Positions 35,539-47,900 of a stretch of DNA of 64,000 nt are shown here, piece after piece. The stretch lies in NCBI RefSeq assembly GCF_000315625.1, contig NW_005434639.1, positions 62,001 through 126,000 of the forward strand, written 5' to 3'. The number at the start of each line of letters is the position of its first letter. Within the stretch, counting starts at the first letter, position 1. Under the pieces are notes generated by a model, which saw only the letters and a list, made by a program, of their open reading frames with translations, had not been told where the DNA came from and did not search any database. This stretch comes from Guillardia theta CCMP2712 (Eukaryota > Protista > Cryptophyta). Position numbers and translations under genes: made by a program.

Positions 35539-37600
35539 ATGGAGGCGTCCAAGGTGAAGGCAAAACTTCATGCGCCCGCACTGCTCCTCCCCTCCTCCAC
35601 TTCCAAACACTTGTCAGCTCTACCTTCCCTCCCTCTCCCCTCCCTTCCCAACCCTTCCCCTCCCTCTCTCTCCCCTCCCTTCCCTCTGAGGTGCGTGCAC
35701 GGTTTGACCTGCATGGGATATAGGGAAGAGGAGCCGCCTCCGACCAGCAGGCGAGGAAAGGGCCCATCCGATACACCGGCATAGTGATAGCATTGGACTC
35801 AAAATACCTGGGGATCACATCGAAAGAGCATGCGCTGAGCAAACAAGACGAGATGTCGACCATGATCGCTCACGCCTTGCAGTGCGAGGTCAGTCATACG
35901 GTTGTGATGCATGCCTGTTGTGACCGTACAACTCGAGCAGGAGCAGTGTCAAACAGATCAGATCATGGTCAAGGCGGAAGACGACGCCATTCTTGTCACG
36001 ATGCTCGATGCTGTCGGCCCTTCCGCCAAGTCAGCCAAGGTTTTGAGCCAGGAGCTGCTGATGCAAGCCTTCAACCCGATGAGCGAACTCTACACGTGAG
36101 CGAGGACCCTGGAGGGAGATGGCGGCTGGAGGTGATGGCGGATGTCACAGGGTAGCCAAGGAGCTGTTCAAGGAGAAGAGAGGGGCGAGGAGTGAGGTCA
36201 AGGCAAGCCAGTCAGCGTCCATGCTCGTGGAGAAGTCAGAGTTGGATCAACTCTCTCAGCTCGTGAGATCACTGTTGACTGACGGTCGCACGAGTGACGC
36301 TGTCGTATGCTGTACCAACAGATGAAAGACGCGACTAGTCTCTCCTCCTTGATCGAGCTTGAAGTCAAGGAGCTGCGAAGTCAGCTGGGTTCATCTGTAT
36401 TTCAGGTACGAGGAATGAGTCAGCGAGATATGAGATGACTTGACCTGATTGCTTGACAAGGCGAATGGATCTCAAAACGCTCATCATGGTTCTGATCTGC
36501 AGTCAAAGCTCTTGGAGTTTGAGAACGTAAGTTAATGTGTTTGTTTTGCATCGCATCAACCACCACCGTTGACCCATGTCGACAGGAAACAGACGTCATG
36601 AAGAGGCTCGAGAGTCTTCGTGAGGTTTCTCATCAACAGAGTCAGCATCGCGCTACCATCTTGTCCCACTTCGAGCGAGCTCTGGTTCGCTGACGCTCGC
36701 CTCTTCCTGCTCCTGACCTGCTCCCCTCAGGCCGACACTCAAGCTGACCTCAAGGCAAAGTTCGCTCGCACGCCAGATCATCATGGCGACCGGACGCAGG
36801 AGAAGTTTGCATACTTCTCTGATCCGCGACACAACTCCAAGCATGAGACTTACCCGTCATTCTTCAGGTGAGAGTGAGAAAGCACGTCAGAAGTCGCTCT
36901 AGTCGTTGATGACTCATTGCAGCTCACCGTCCGTGTCAAACATCTCGAGCATTCGAAGGCGCCCCTGGAGCACAGTAGAGGAAAGCAGCGAGCGGTGAGC
37001 ATAAGATCTCGTGTCATGGTTGTGTGACAGACGGCAGGCAAATCTTGAAGGCCAAGTTGCCGTTCCGCACCGAGTGGGAGCACCAGCAGGACCTGGCTGA
37101 TATCAAGCAGAAGCTAGACGAGGTCATTCCCTCCTCTAGATTCCACGACCGATCGCAGAAAGATTCCAAAGGTGACTCTGAGTTCACCTCCTCCCCGTGC
37201 TGAGCGTGTGCTGCAGACACGAGGCCGTCCAAAGATCCACATCGTGACCCCTTGCCTGATGAGAAGCAGGAGGATACACAGGTACGAGTGGGAATGACCT
37301 CTGCGCGCTCCTTACTTCAAAGCAGGACGATTTCTTGCAAGTAGTCGATGAACGCGTCTCCAAGCTTCTAGGAGCTCTTGACTCAGTGCGAAAGTCTCTC
37401 TCCCCTTCCAAATGAAAGGACGGCAAAATACGGCGATGTTCAGACTCGTCGCATGTCATGTGCTGTCAGACCTGAAGACAAGTTTTGACTCGGGGTGAGA
37501 GACTGGAGAGCTCTGGAGGTGCAACGAGCTCAAGGCCTCTGGTTGTGTATGGATCATAAGGAGGACGCTAGGCCTTGCTCTGCTTATCGGCTACCTCTAG
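35539..37600 (+). CDS. Hypothetical protein with more than 10 short introns, partly coiled-coil
   Basis: A chain of short exons with gt...ctgac...ag introns (e.g. EQCQTDQIMVKAEDDAILVTMLD, VAKELFKEKR, LIELEVKELRSQL, DLADIKQKLDE). No recognisable domain. Confidence 0.5.
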
Positions 37601-37756
37601 ATGCGTTAGAGGATAAGAATGCAGGACAACCGAGATCGCGCGTTCCTGCTGGCTCCTTGTTGGAGGAGGCAACCTGCTTTTCCCCTTTCGTTTGATAAAA
37701 AGCTTTGAGTGTTTTCACCACCTTTAACTTGTATCACGACACTAGACTGAGGACCC

Positions 37757-37981
37757 TCAGTTAAACTGAAGCACAATCGCCGCCGTGTCATCAAGTTTGC
37801 CGCCCGTCCATGACTGTCAGCCATCAAGAATAGACGTGTGAGGAGTAGAAAGTGATAAGACAGACGGTCAGGTACCTTTCCAGCCGCTTGAGCTTCGAGT
37901 CCGTAAGGAACGACCACCTGGACAAAATATTCATCGCGAATCCTCCTCCTCCTCCTCCTCCTCCTCCTCCTCCTCCTCCTC

Positions 37982-38012
<31 letters not shown>

Positions 38013-39810
38013 GATGCATTACCAGCTCACCGCTACTCCGCCACCTCTTTCCCTTCTCCTCTCTTCCTTGTCGTTTCATACCTGTGGGTCTTCCTGCACC
38101 TGGCGAGCATAGCCGACAAGGGCCTGGCACATGGCACGTCAGAGCGGCAAGCGCTCATCCTTTCCATCTACTGACCTGTGCCATGGCGTTGGGTCCCTGG
38201 CCCTCAGTAGCTTCGAGGAGGTCGATGATTTGACTGTCGTACACGTTGTCGTACAACCCATCGCTGGCGATGATGACGATCTGCAAGCGAGGTTCAGAGT
38301 CCATCCGCGCACTGGAGATCGAGCATACGTCTCCTGAAGCAAGGGGAACACGGATTCTCGTAGCGAGGTCGACGGTGTCTGTTTCAAAGCATCAGCTGCG
38401 AGCACCGGCAAGACGGAGGGGAGGGGAGAGAGAGACCTGGGCTGTTGCCTCCAAGTTGGAAGGGGCAGTTGAAGTAGTGCATCTGAGCTCAAGTCAAGCT
38501 TGTACAGGCACGCGAGACCTTCTCCTCCTACCTGCGGGACAGTCTGATACACCACCTTCATCTGCCCATCCTGCCCCTTGCGGACCACCTTAATGCCTTC
38601 AACACATCCGTCATGGCGGGAGATAGGGCGCGGCAAGGTCCCGCAGGATCACCTGAGTCTCCCACGTTCGCTCCCTTGAGGATGGTGTACCCTGGCTCTG
38701 ACTTAGTGTCGACAGACACCTGGACGTCAAAGTGAACGAGGAGGAGGAGGAAGGGAGCACAGAATTCGCTCACAACGCAGGCGGTAGAAGATCCTACGGT
38801 CAGGGCGTCGTTGAGAGCACTGTAGGCGCCGTCAAGGGCCACCAGAGGATCGACCTGAGCAGAGTGAGAGAAGGAGGTGATAGCCAGTAGCCTTACAGCC
38901 TTCTTCTGCTCCCTCTGGCGCTGAAGAATGCCGTAGGTAGTCCCAGAGAGCTGGTAGGAGTACAGATCTCCGAACTCGCTCTTCTGAGCTCCTGTAACTC
39001 CGTCGAACACGCCATAGTCGTAGTCGCCCGCAAACCACGCATCCTCCATGGCGTGACGGGGGTCCGCAATCTCCGACACTCCCGCAGTCCAGGTCAGGGG
39101 GCCGGTGCTGACCGACGTGAGCTGGGGGGCCATGTTGGGAAGGTTCGCCTCCTCTGCTCCGATGAGCTTCTCAGTCGCGCTCTTGAAGGCATCGAAGAAG
39201 CCCATCCTGAGGGCGACGTGCCCCTGTCGAGACTCCCTGAGAGCAGGGCGAACGGACTTGAAGGACGCGGTCGACTTGGCAAGCATGGGCGAGAGCCCAT
39301 GAGGGGCAAGGAATGCCTGCGAATAGAGAGGACAAGGGGAGGTAAGAGAAAGACCAGGATTACTTTCATGCTCAAAAATATCCACTCTGAATCCTAACTT
39401 GAACTTCCCTTATCAATACATCAACCTCGTTTTCATTCTCGAGTGAAACGTCACAAAATGCAACATCTCTTCAAAGTGCCTGTGCATTCCGAAAATGACC
39501 TCTACCCCTACTCATGTTCGCTTCTGTCTATGTATCAATATATTCTCATTCCATGATTGGATCCTCCTCCTCCTCCTCCTGGTCCTCCTCTCTTCATATC
39601 CAACAATTTTGCCGTGTTGTTCAGAGTCGATCAATGACAAATGCTAAGATGCTATCTATGACATGTTGATCCATCTTCAGCCGCAACATTTTCATCATCA
39701 CATCAAACAGAAAAACTTCTGACTTTCTTTCTACATCTTCATACCTCTGTTCTTGTCGCCATGGTCGCCGCCACCGCCACCATGGCGATCTTTGCGCGGA
39801 TCCCTGCCAT
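37757..39810 (-). CDS. Plastid-targeted PP2C phosphatase, PTC7/PBCP-like, multi-exon
   Basis: Exon 1 (39745-39810, MAGIRAKIAMVAVAATMATRTE) splices to AFLAP…, giving a signal peptide with an A|F junction. PP2C motifs include EDAWF, GVFDGV, GSSTACVV, ANVGDSG, HYFNCPFQLG, ASDGLYDNV and GGKLDDTAAIV. Confidence 0.88.
37941..38010. repeat. Intronic compound microsatellite (CCT)n(ACT)n
   Basis: Visible directly. Confidence 0.9.
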
Positions 39811-40850
39811 CTTTTGCAAGCTATACCCCTACCCCTCCTCCAAACCTATTCCTTCCACCCCTATTTTGACCACTTACTACCCCGCCTTCAGTATGGTCCC
39901 ACTGACCCCATCGAAACTCACCCCCAAATCGTATGCTTATGTCAGGAAAAGGGGGGTAGTGCTACCCCATGTCAATTCACCCCCTACCCCATGAATAATT
40001 ATAACACCGGTGATTTCCCTTCAAAGTAGTACTATAAATCTGTTGAGTACCCGTGTAATTTTATCAAGTACCCCAATATATTTACTACCCACCTTCTCTG
40101 TACCTCGCTTGACCACGGGTGGTTTTCATAGACTTGGTATGGGTAGAGGTTGACTTCAGATGATCACGGAGGGAGTATTGCGCACGGGTGGGGGTCACCA
40201 AGTTTTCTATCATAGGGGTATTTTCATATGAAAATTGCTGTCTAAATGAGGGGTGTACAAGTCTTCCTTTTATGTGAGGGGGTAGGTGGTGAAAAATTTC
40301 CGAACAGGTGGGGTAGTGCTTGTGAGGTTTCAACGGCCGACACACAATGGAGGTGAGATGGGAAAGATGGGCGAGGATCGGGGGAGAGGCGGGAAGCAAG
40401 AGGAGGGGAGGAGAGGGAGGAAAGGGAGAGAGAGATACGGCATGATCTCTAGAGGAAGCGCAGTAGATGAGATGAGGAAGAGATGGATGAATAGAGGAAT
40501 CACTGGGTGGTTTGTACGTCGATGGAATAATCGAACCCATGAAGGTAGGAGCGAAGGAGCGAAGGAGGATGGAAGAAAGTAGAGGCAGAGAGATTCAGGA
40601 AGCAGAATGAAAGCGAGAGGTGGATGTTTGAATTTGAATTTAGACGGCAATCTTTACGAAATTTCCAGAGAAGTGACAATGACGATTGAGGTGGGAAAGG
40701 GGAACTAGTTGATAAGAAGGGTCGAAAACATTTAGAGGAGGAAGAGGAGCTGGTAGATAGCTGCAGAGAAGCAAAAAAATTGTTCTTAGCACTGACGAGG
40801 AACAGGATGTCGAAGAGCTGACAGATTCGGCCTGTTCGAAGATCCGAAAA

Positions 40851-42586
40851 TATGTCCAGCAGAAGAGAGTGAGACTTCAAAATGACATATGTTGCGTCGT
40901 TGATGAGATCGACTCTGGCGATCTCCTTGATAATGATACCAATGATGATGACGATGCATCTGTCTCTCCCTTTGCAACGATGATTTTGATCGCGGCGGTG
41001 GCGCTTAGAAGGGAGGGGGGAAAGGGAAATTTGTGCTATGAACCGCTGGAGTGATTGGGGTCGGGGGCTCCTCTTGAGCTGAAGGCTTCTTCAGGTCAGG
41101 CTCGATCCTTTCTTCGAGGCCTACGACAGGCTGCGTCATCGCGCCATCACTCGCCCTCAGTTCTTGCGAGCGCTGAGCGCGGCGGTGAAGAACCAGGTGT
41201 ACATCTCGCCGCAGGAGGAGGAGGCTATCTTTGCTTCCTTCTCCCGCCCTGATCAGATGGTCAACTATCGCAACTTCTGCGATCACTGCATGCAAGTACA
41301 GGTGCTCCCTGCTGTTGCCTCCTCCTCCTTCCCCTCCGCTCCGCTCACATCCCTTGCTCGTCCTTGTTAGAGAGATCTCGAGAAACAGCCCTTGATTCAG
41401 CTGGCTGAGGACGAGGCCCCGTCGCGTATCCGCCATAATGAGCTGACGGACAAGGTAGCTTCATCCTAGTCCTTATCTCCTTCCTCCTTCTCCCTCCTCC
41501 TTCCTCCTCTTCCTTCCTCTCTCCTCCTCACTCCTTGGCTATCCTCCTCCTTCCTCCTCCTCCTCCTCCTCTTCCTCCCATGTTCTCGTCGACCTGTTCT
41601 GCATGACTGGCTGAAAGGACGAGATTTATTTCCACAACACTCTGCTCCCAAAACTTCAGCACATCGCACGTGAGCAAGGTGAGACATAGAGCGCAAGGAG
41701 GAGGAGACGGCAAGCTAAGCAGAGGATGCAGGACTAGTTGTCAAGAACAACTTCCTCGATNNNNNNNNNNNNNNNNNNNNNNNNNNNNNNNNNNNNNNNN
41801 NNNNNNNNNNNNNNNNNNNNNNNNNNNNNNNNNNNNNNNNNNNNNNNNNNNNNNNNNNNNTACGTACGTGTACCCCGACCCCCACCCCCGCCCCCCTCCC
41901 CCCTCCCTCCCTCCCTCCTCCTCCTCCTCCTCTACTTTCCTCTTCTCCTTGACTTTCTCCTTCCTCGTCCTTGATCGAATGGATGGTTATGCTCCTTGCT
42001 CCCTATCGTCTCGCTCCTCGATCTTGAATCCTTTCCTCCTTTATCTCACGATCTTTCCGGCATCTCATCCTCCTACCATGTTACCTGCTGCCTGCTTCCT
42101 CCACTAATTTTATGAGTGCAGGCGAGTGACGAAAGGCCAATTCCTCCGAGGATTGCCAGACAAATTTCAGGTGATAGAGGAGAGGAGAGGAGAGGAGAGG
42201 AGAGGAGAGGAGAGGAGAGGATTGGGGAGAGGAGAAGATACGAGAGGAGAGGAGAGGATACGAGGATAGAGGGGAGGTCAAGGAGTGTCAAGCTGATTTT
42301 CTATCGGCAGGTCGCGTGCTCCAAGAGCGACGTCGAGATCCTCGTGCAGAAGTACGGCGTGAAAGGTGATGACGGAGGGGGAGGAGGGAAGGGGAGGAGG
42401 GAAGGGAATGACAAGATTGTCCCCAGACATGTTTGGGACAACAGTCGATGTCGACTATCACTCGCTCCATTTGGATATCTCAGGTGTCCTGCTCCTGTCC
42501 TATTCGTCGCATGCACCTCCTCCGCTCTTCTTCATCCCTTTCTCCCTATCCTCCTCCTCCTTCCTCTCCTGCTCCTGCTCGTTCCT

Positions 42587-42626
<40 letters not shown>

Positions 42627-44540
42627 CGCCTTTAGACAAGGCAGTAGGCTGACTTCAATTCAGGGTCTGACCCTGCGCTGAGCCTGCCGGATGGGTTGAC
42701 TCAAAGCACCATCGAGCAAAGGCAGAGCCACATGGACGCGATTCCCAGGATCCCCGTCCTATCCCAGCTCGAGCGAAGAGTGCGACAGGTCTCCTCCTCC
42801 TCCTCCTCCTCCTCCTCCTCCTCTTCATCGTCGTCTTCCTCCTCCTCCTCCTCCTCCTCCTCCTCCTCCTCTTCCTCCCCCTCTTCATCGTCGTCTTCCT
42901 TGTCGTCTTCCTTGTCGTCTTCCTCCTTGCTGTCCTCCTCCTCGTCCTTCGCCTCCTTGCTGTGCTTCCCCTCCTCCTTCTCCTCCTCTNNNNNNNNNNN
43001 NNNNNNNNNNNNNNNNNNNNNNNNNNNNNNNNNNNNNNNNNNNNNNNNNNNNNNNNNNNNNNNNNNNNNNNNNNNNNNNNNNNNNNNNNNNNNNNNNNNN
43101 NNNNNNNNNNNNNNNNNNNNNNNNNNNNNNNNNNNNNNNNNNNNNNNNNNNNNNNNNNNNNNNNNNNNNNNNNNNNNNNNNNNNNNNNNNNNNNNNNNNN
43201 NNNNNNNNNNNNNNNNNNNNNNNNNNNNNNNNNNNNNNNNNNNNNNNNNNNNNNNNNNNNNNNNNNNNNNNNNNNNNNNNNNNNNNNNNNNNNNNNNNNN
43301 NNNNNNNNNNNNNNNNNNNNNNNNNNNNNNNNNNNNNNNNNNNNNNNNNNNNNNNNNNNNNNNNNNNNNNNNNNNNNNNNNNNNNNNNNNNNNNNNNNNN
43401 NNNNNNNNNNNNNNNNNNNNNNNNNNNNNNNNNNNNNNNNNNNNNNNNNNNNNNNNNNNNNNNNNNNNNNNNNNNNNNNNNNNNNNNNNNNNNNNNNNNN
43501 NNNNNNNNNNNNNNNNNNNNNNNNNNNNNNNNNNNNNNNNNNNNNNNNNNNNNNNNNNNNNNNNNNNNNNNNNNNNNNNNNNNNNNNNNNNNNNNNNNNN
43601 NNNNNNNNNNNNNNNNNNNNNNNNNNNNNNNNNNNNNNNNNNNNNNNNNNNNNNNNNNNNNNNNNNNNNNNNNCCCTCCTCCCTCCTCCCTCCTCCTCCT
43701 TCCTCCTTCCTCATGCCTTCCTCCTCGTCTTTCTCTTTCATCCTCATCCTCATCGTCCTTCCTCTTTTCTCTTCCCTCCTCTCTCCTCCGCATCCTGCCC
43801 CATCTTCTTACCCTTCACTGCAGGCAGCAAGGCTTGCTAAACTACCTCGCTTTCGTCCGCGAGGTTCCTTTCCTCCCTCTTTCTCTTTCCTCCTGAACCT
43901 CCAACAAGGTTCGAGGAAGCCTCCGCAGGAACAGGAGAGTTATCGTGGAAGAAGTTTACAGGTTGGAGGAGGAGGAGGAGGAGGGTGCGTGTTTCCTTAT
44001 GCTGTCTGCAGCTTCTGCTTCCTCAACACAGGATTGATCGACATGCAAAGACTGTTCGAGGATTTTGATGCGGTAATCCTCACTCCCCTTGCACGTCCTC
44101 TCCTTCCCTTCCTTCCTCCTCCTGTCCATCTGTCCGCCTTCTCCCTCCTCGTCCCTTCCACCTTCCCTCTTCCTCCCTCCTCTCTTCCTCCCTCCTCCTC
44201 CCTTCCTCCTTCCCTCCTCCTCCCTTCCTCCTTCCTCCTCCCTTCCTCCTTCCCTCTTCCTCCCTTCCTCCCTCCTCCAACCTCCCTCCTTCCTCCACTT
44301 CTCGTCATCTTACTCGGAGGGCCGCAGAACTTTCACCCTCGCAGCATGGACGGCTCCTTGTCTTACCAAGACTGCCTCCGAGACCTCGAGGACGTCGGTT
44401 GCCCTTGTCTTGCCTCCGCTCCCTTACACCCCAGCAGGGCGTCAGCTTGAGACGAGCTGGTCGAGCTCCGACCGCTGAAGACCTGCTGGACTACTGGGCT
44501 ATGATCTCATTTAACCTCTCAGATGAGCAGGTGGATTTAT
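40851..44540 (+). CDS. EF-hand-repeat protein (EFCAB6-like, possibly flagellar), multi-exon and interrupted by two gaps
   Basis: EF-like segments include FFEAYDRLRHRAITRPQFLRAL, AIFASFSRPDQMVNYRNFC, VEILVQKYG…DVDYHSL and MQRLFEDFD…MDGSLSYQD. Boundaries are uncertain. Confidence 0.55.
41761..41860. other. Assembly gap (100 N)
   Basis: Run of N. Confidence 1.
42178..42260. repeat. (AGAGG)n pentanucleotide repeat, intronic
   Basis: Visible directly. Confidence 0.85.
42990..43673. other. Assembly gap (684 N)
   Basis: Run of N. Confidence 1.
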
Positions 44541-44924
44541 GCTCGTTCCTCGCCGTTCCCCTCCCCTCCTCTACTCTACTCCCCTCCCCTCCCCTGCTCT
44601 GCTCTGCTCCCCTCCCCTCCCCTTCTCCTCTCTTCTCCCCTGTCCTCTCCCCATCCTCTTTTCCTTGTTGCATAATTCCCTTTCCCGACCTGAACAACGT
44701 TGACGTCTGGCAATGCAGTTTGAATTTTGTGTCCGTCGCTCGAGGAGAATATGAGCACGAGAAAGAGAAACGAAAAGATGAAGATGAAGGTAGAGAAGAG
44801 AAACGATGAAAGTTGGGATATATGCTGGACTTCTTGACCGATTGAGATGTAAACACGTAACAACTTGTTAATATGTTGATAACACTAGTAAATCTACTCA
44901 CTGCACTACCACCCTTGGCTCCCA

Positions 44925-47900
44925 TCACTGCATGCTGGGCTCTAGCTCATCAAACTGCTCATCCTCTCCGTTCAGGTCAGGCAGCGCGTCTTCGATCCTC
45001 CTGACGTTCTGCTCCACCTCCTCCTCTCCTCCCTCCTCTCCCTCCTCCACCGTCGCTGGATGCAACATGAACTCCCTCGCTCCTCCCCGACTGGCCGTCT
45101 GCCATGACATCAGCTTAACTCCAGCTGGAGTCGACCAGGGTCTCACCTGGACCTTGCTGCTCGTGACCTCCGGCTCCAGCTCGGCGAAGTCCGCGGGCTC
45201 GGCCATGCCGAACTTGTCGCTGAGGGAGGGGTCGAGAGTCAACTCGACGTCTGCGTCCGGGTTGGGGTAGATGGAGTGGAACTGGAGGGTGACGAGATCT
45301 GCTGACGTCACAGGCTCCATCTTGCCTGACGAGCTTTTGCTCCACACAAGGGACGACGCCACCTCCTCCGGCTCCATCCTGATGGAGGGAGGCAGCCGTT
45401 CTAGCCCAGCCATGTCCTCCCGTGCCAGCATGTCAGCCTGCTCGTTCTGCGGCTCCTCCTCCTCGTAGTTGAGGAACAGGTTCTCGATCTCGCGCCCGGA
45501 CATGCGCGCCTCCTCAACCGCAGCGTCTGCCCCGTTCTGATGGACGAGTTTGGTGGTGACCTGAGGGAAGGGGGTCAGAGGCCGTCGGAGCACAAGCTCA
45601 GTGCCAACCTGCAGCTCAGGAGTTTCCTCCTCCAGCAGAGGGTCCAGCACCTTGGACTTCATCGAGAGCAGGCTCCTGTAGGCAAAGAGGAAGGCAAGGA
45701 TGGCCAGCAAGCCTCCGCCCCCAGCAGAGATGGCCAGGATGACTGCTGGCGTCCAGAACTTTGCGCCTCCCTTGACTGGGACAGGAGCTGGAGTCGTGCT
45801 GGAAAGGAAGGAGACGGCTGGGGTGGTGGAAGGGGCGTTGGTGGTGGTGGACGACCCTAGCACGTTAGTCTGCTCTGTCGGCACGAGGACGACGGTGTAG
45901 ACCGAGAAGCTGAGGGTCTTGACGCTGACGGTACCGTTGACAAGCGTCGGTGGGAAGGGGTGCGGGACGAGGACGTTGTCGACAATCTGTCAAGGTCAGG
46001 ATGTCAGCGCCCAGCAGAGGAGCTGAGAAAAGTCCCCCCCTACCTTGAACACGGCGAGCTGCATACCACCACTCAGCATGGTCGAGTCGATCTCGACAGG
46101 GAAGTTCATGGTCACTCCGGGCTCCGGGAAGGTGAGCGGGGAGGGCTGGAACTCTAGAGCCTGAGACACGCTCTGACCCCCTACGACAAGAAAAGAGTCA
46201 GAGGTTGCCGCTTCTTCCTCCTCCTCTCCCACACTCACCTTGAGGGACCGTGACCGGAGCCGAGTAGATCGCTACAGACGCCGGCTGGGCGACGGGCCAC
46301 ACGCCGGGAGGAACCTGCATGCCAGCTCCGTTGTCCAGCTTGACGGCTGCTCCGACCACGGGGTCGATACTGACCACCTTCTTGGCTATGGTGTAGCCGT
46401 AGCAAGGAGCGCTGGAACTGCATCGGCTGCACTCCTGCACCGCAGTGCTGCTGTTGCATGTGGCCTTGACGAGCTTGTCGCAGTGCTCGCAGCACAGGCT
46501 GTCGACGTTCGCTACCCCACTGACAGCAGCGGCGGAGTCCGTGGGAAGACCAGCACAGTCAGAGTTCTGCAAGCACTGGGCTGAGTTCCATGCGCCGGAC
46601 ACGCTACAGCATTCCTCCTGCAAGGCAAGGTCAGCGAACAAGGAGGGAGGAGCATAGAACGTATCAAGTACCTTAGAAGGAGCGTAGCCGTCCTGGCACT
46701 TGCTGGGACAACTGGCGCTGGTCATCTGGAGCAAACTGTTCCTGACGACCATGTCTGTGTACAGCTGCGCGTCCTGCTGGGACTTGGAGCAGAGTCGGAC
46801 GGGCACGGTTCCGCTGCAGAAGCTCGAGGAAGGGACGGTAACGAAGGTCGTGTAGCAGCCGAAGGTGTAGGCCCTCTGTACCTGCCCGATCGCGCTGGTC
46901 GTGACCTGACCCTGCGAATGGACAGAGATCTTGAAGGAGGACGCGAGTGCGTCAGTTATGACTGGCAAGAACAAGTCTGCGATGCTCGGGATCTTGACCG
47001 TCACCGTCTTCCATGACTGCACCTGACCCGAGAACTTGAGGACGAATGCACTTTCGTCCTTTGACCAAGTTCCTGAGGGAGTCGCCATTGGCTGGACGAC
47101 GTCTGCTCCCTGCTGGGAGGAGCAAGAGGCCGCCGAGCTGGGGAGCGTGTCATTACAGAAGGTCCCTCGGAAGGGAGGGAGGCAGGTGCAGGTGCCGAAC
47201 TCGTTGCAGAAACCTTTCTTCTCCAGCGAGTTGCAAGTCGCCGCATCATCGCAGAAATAGGAGCACGTGGGCCCATACCAGCCAGGAGCGCATGCCTCTG
47301 GGACTAGGCAGCCGTCCTGCCCTTGCTGGCAACGGCTGTGGCTGACGGAGGAGACAGAGAGGGAGGGCAAGAGCCGTGGATAGCACACTGACTTGGCGGT
47401 CAACCCAGTCAGCTGCTTGCTAGCGCCGGAGTAGAGGCTGGGGACAAGGACGTGGACTGAGTCACTCTGGTTGAGGTTGAACGGCAGAGCAAACGCGATC
47501 GAGATGGAGGGCGACTGGCCGACGATCGTGGGGTCGAACGACAAGGAGGAGGACAGGACGCCATGGACTGGGAAGACGGTGTCGAAGTCCTGTCTGAGGT
47601 GTTCTTGACCTGCCTTCACAACCTCCATCGTGATGCCTGACTGCTTGTCCACTCCTGAACTTGGGATCTGCATGCCTGCCGTGGCCGCCAGGGTGATCTG
47701 GACCTTAGACATGGCGGCGAGGGAGCCAGCAGCGACCAGGAAGGAGATGGCAGAGGACTCCAGGTTTGTCTCCCATGTGACGCTGACTAAGGGCGATACT
47801 GAGACGCTAAGAGCGACTGCGGGAGTCTGAAGGAAGAACCCTGGAAGGTATACCCTGACTACGTCGGAGACTTGCAGGCCCGGAGGCGAAAGGAAAGAGA

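Noticed and set aside
42696-44450. 584-aa ORF and overlapping long ORFs
   Set aside because: Artefacts of reading through the N-gap and low-complexity introns.
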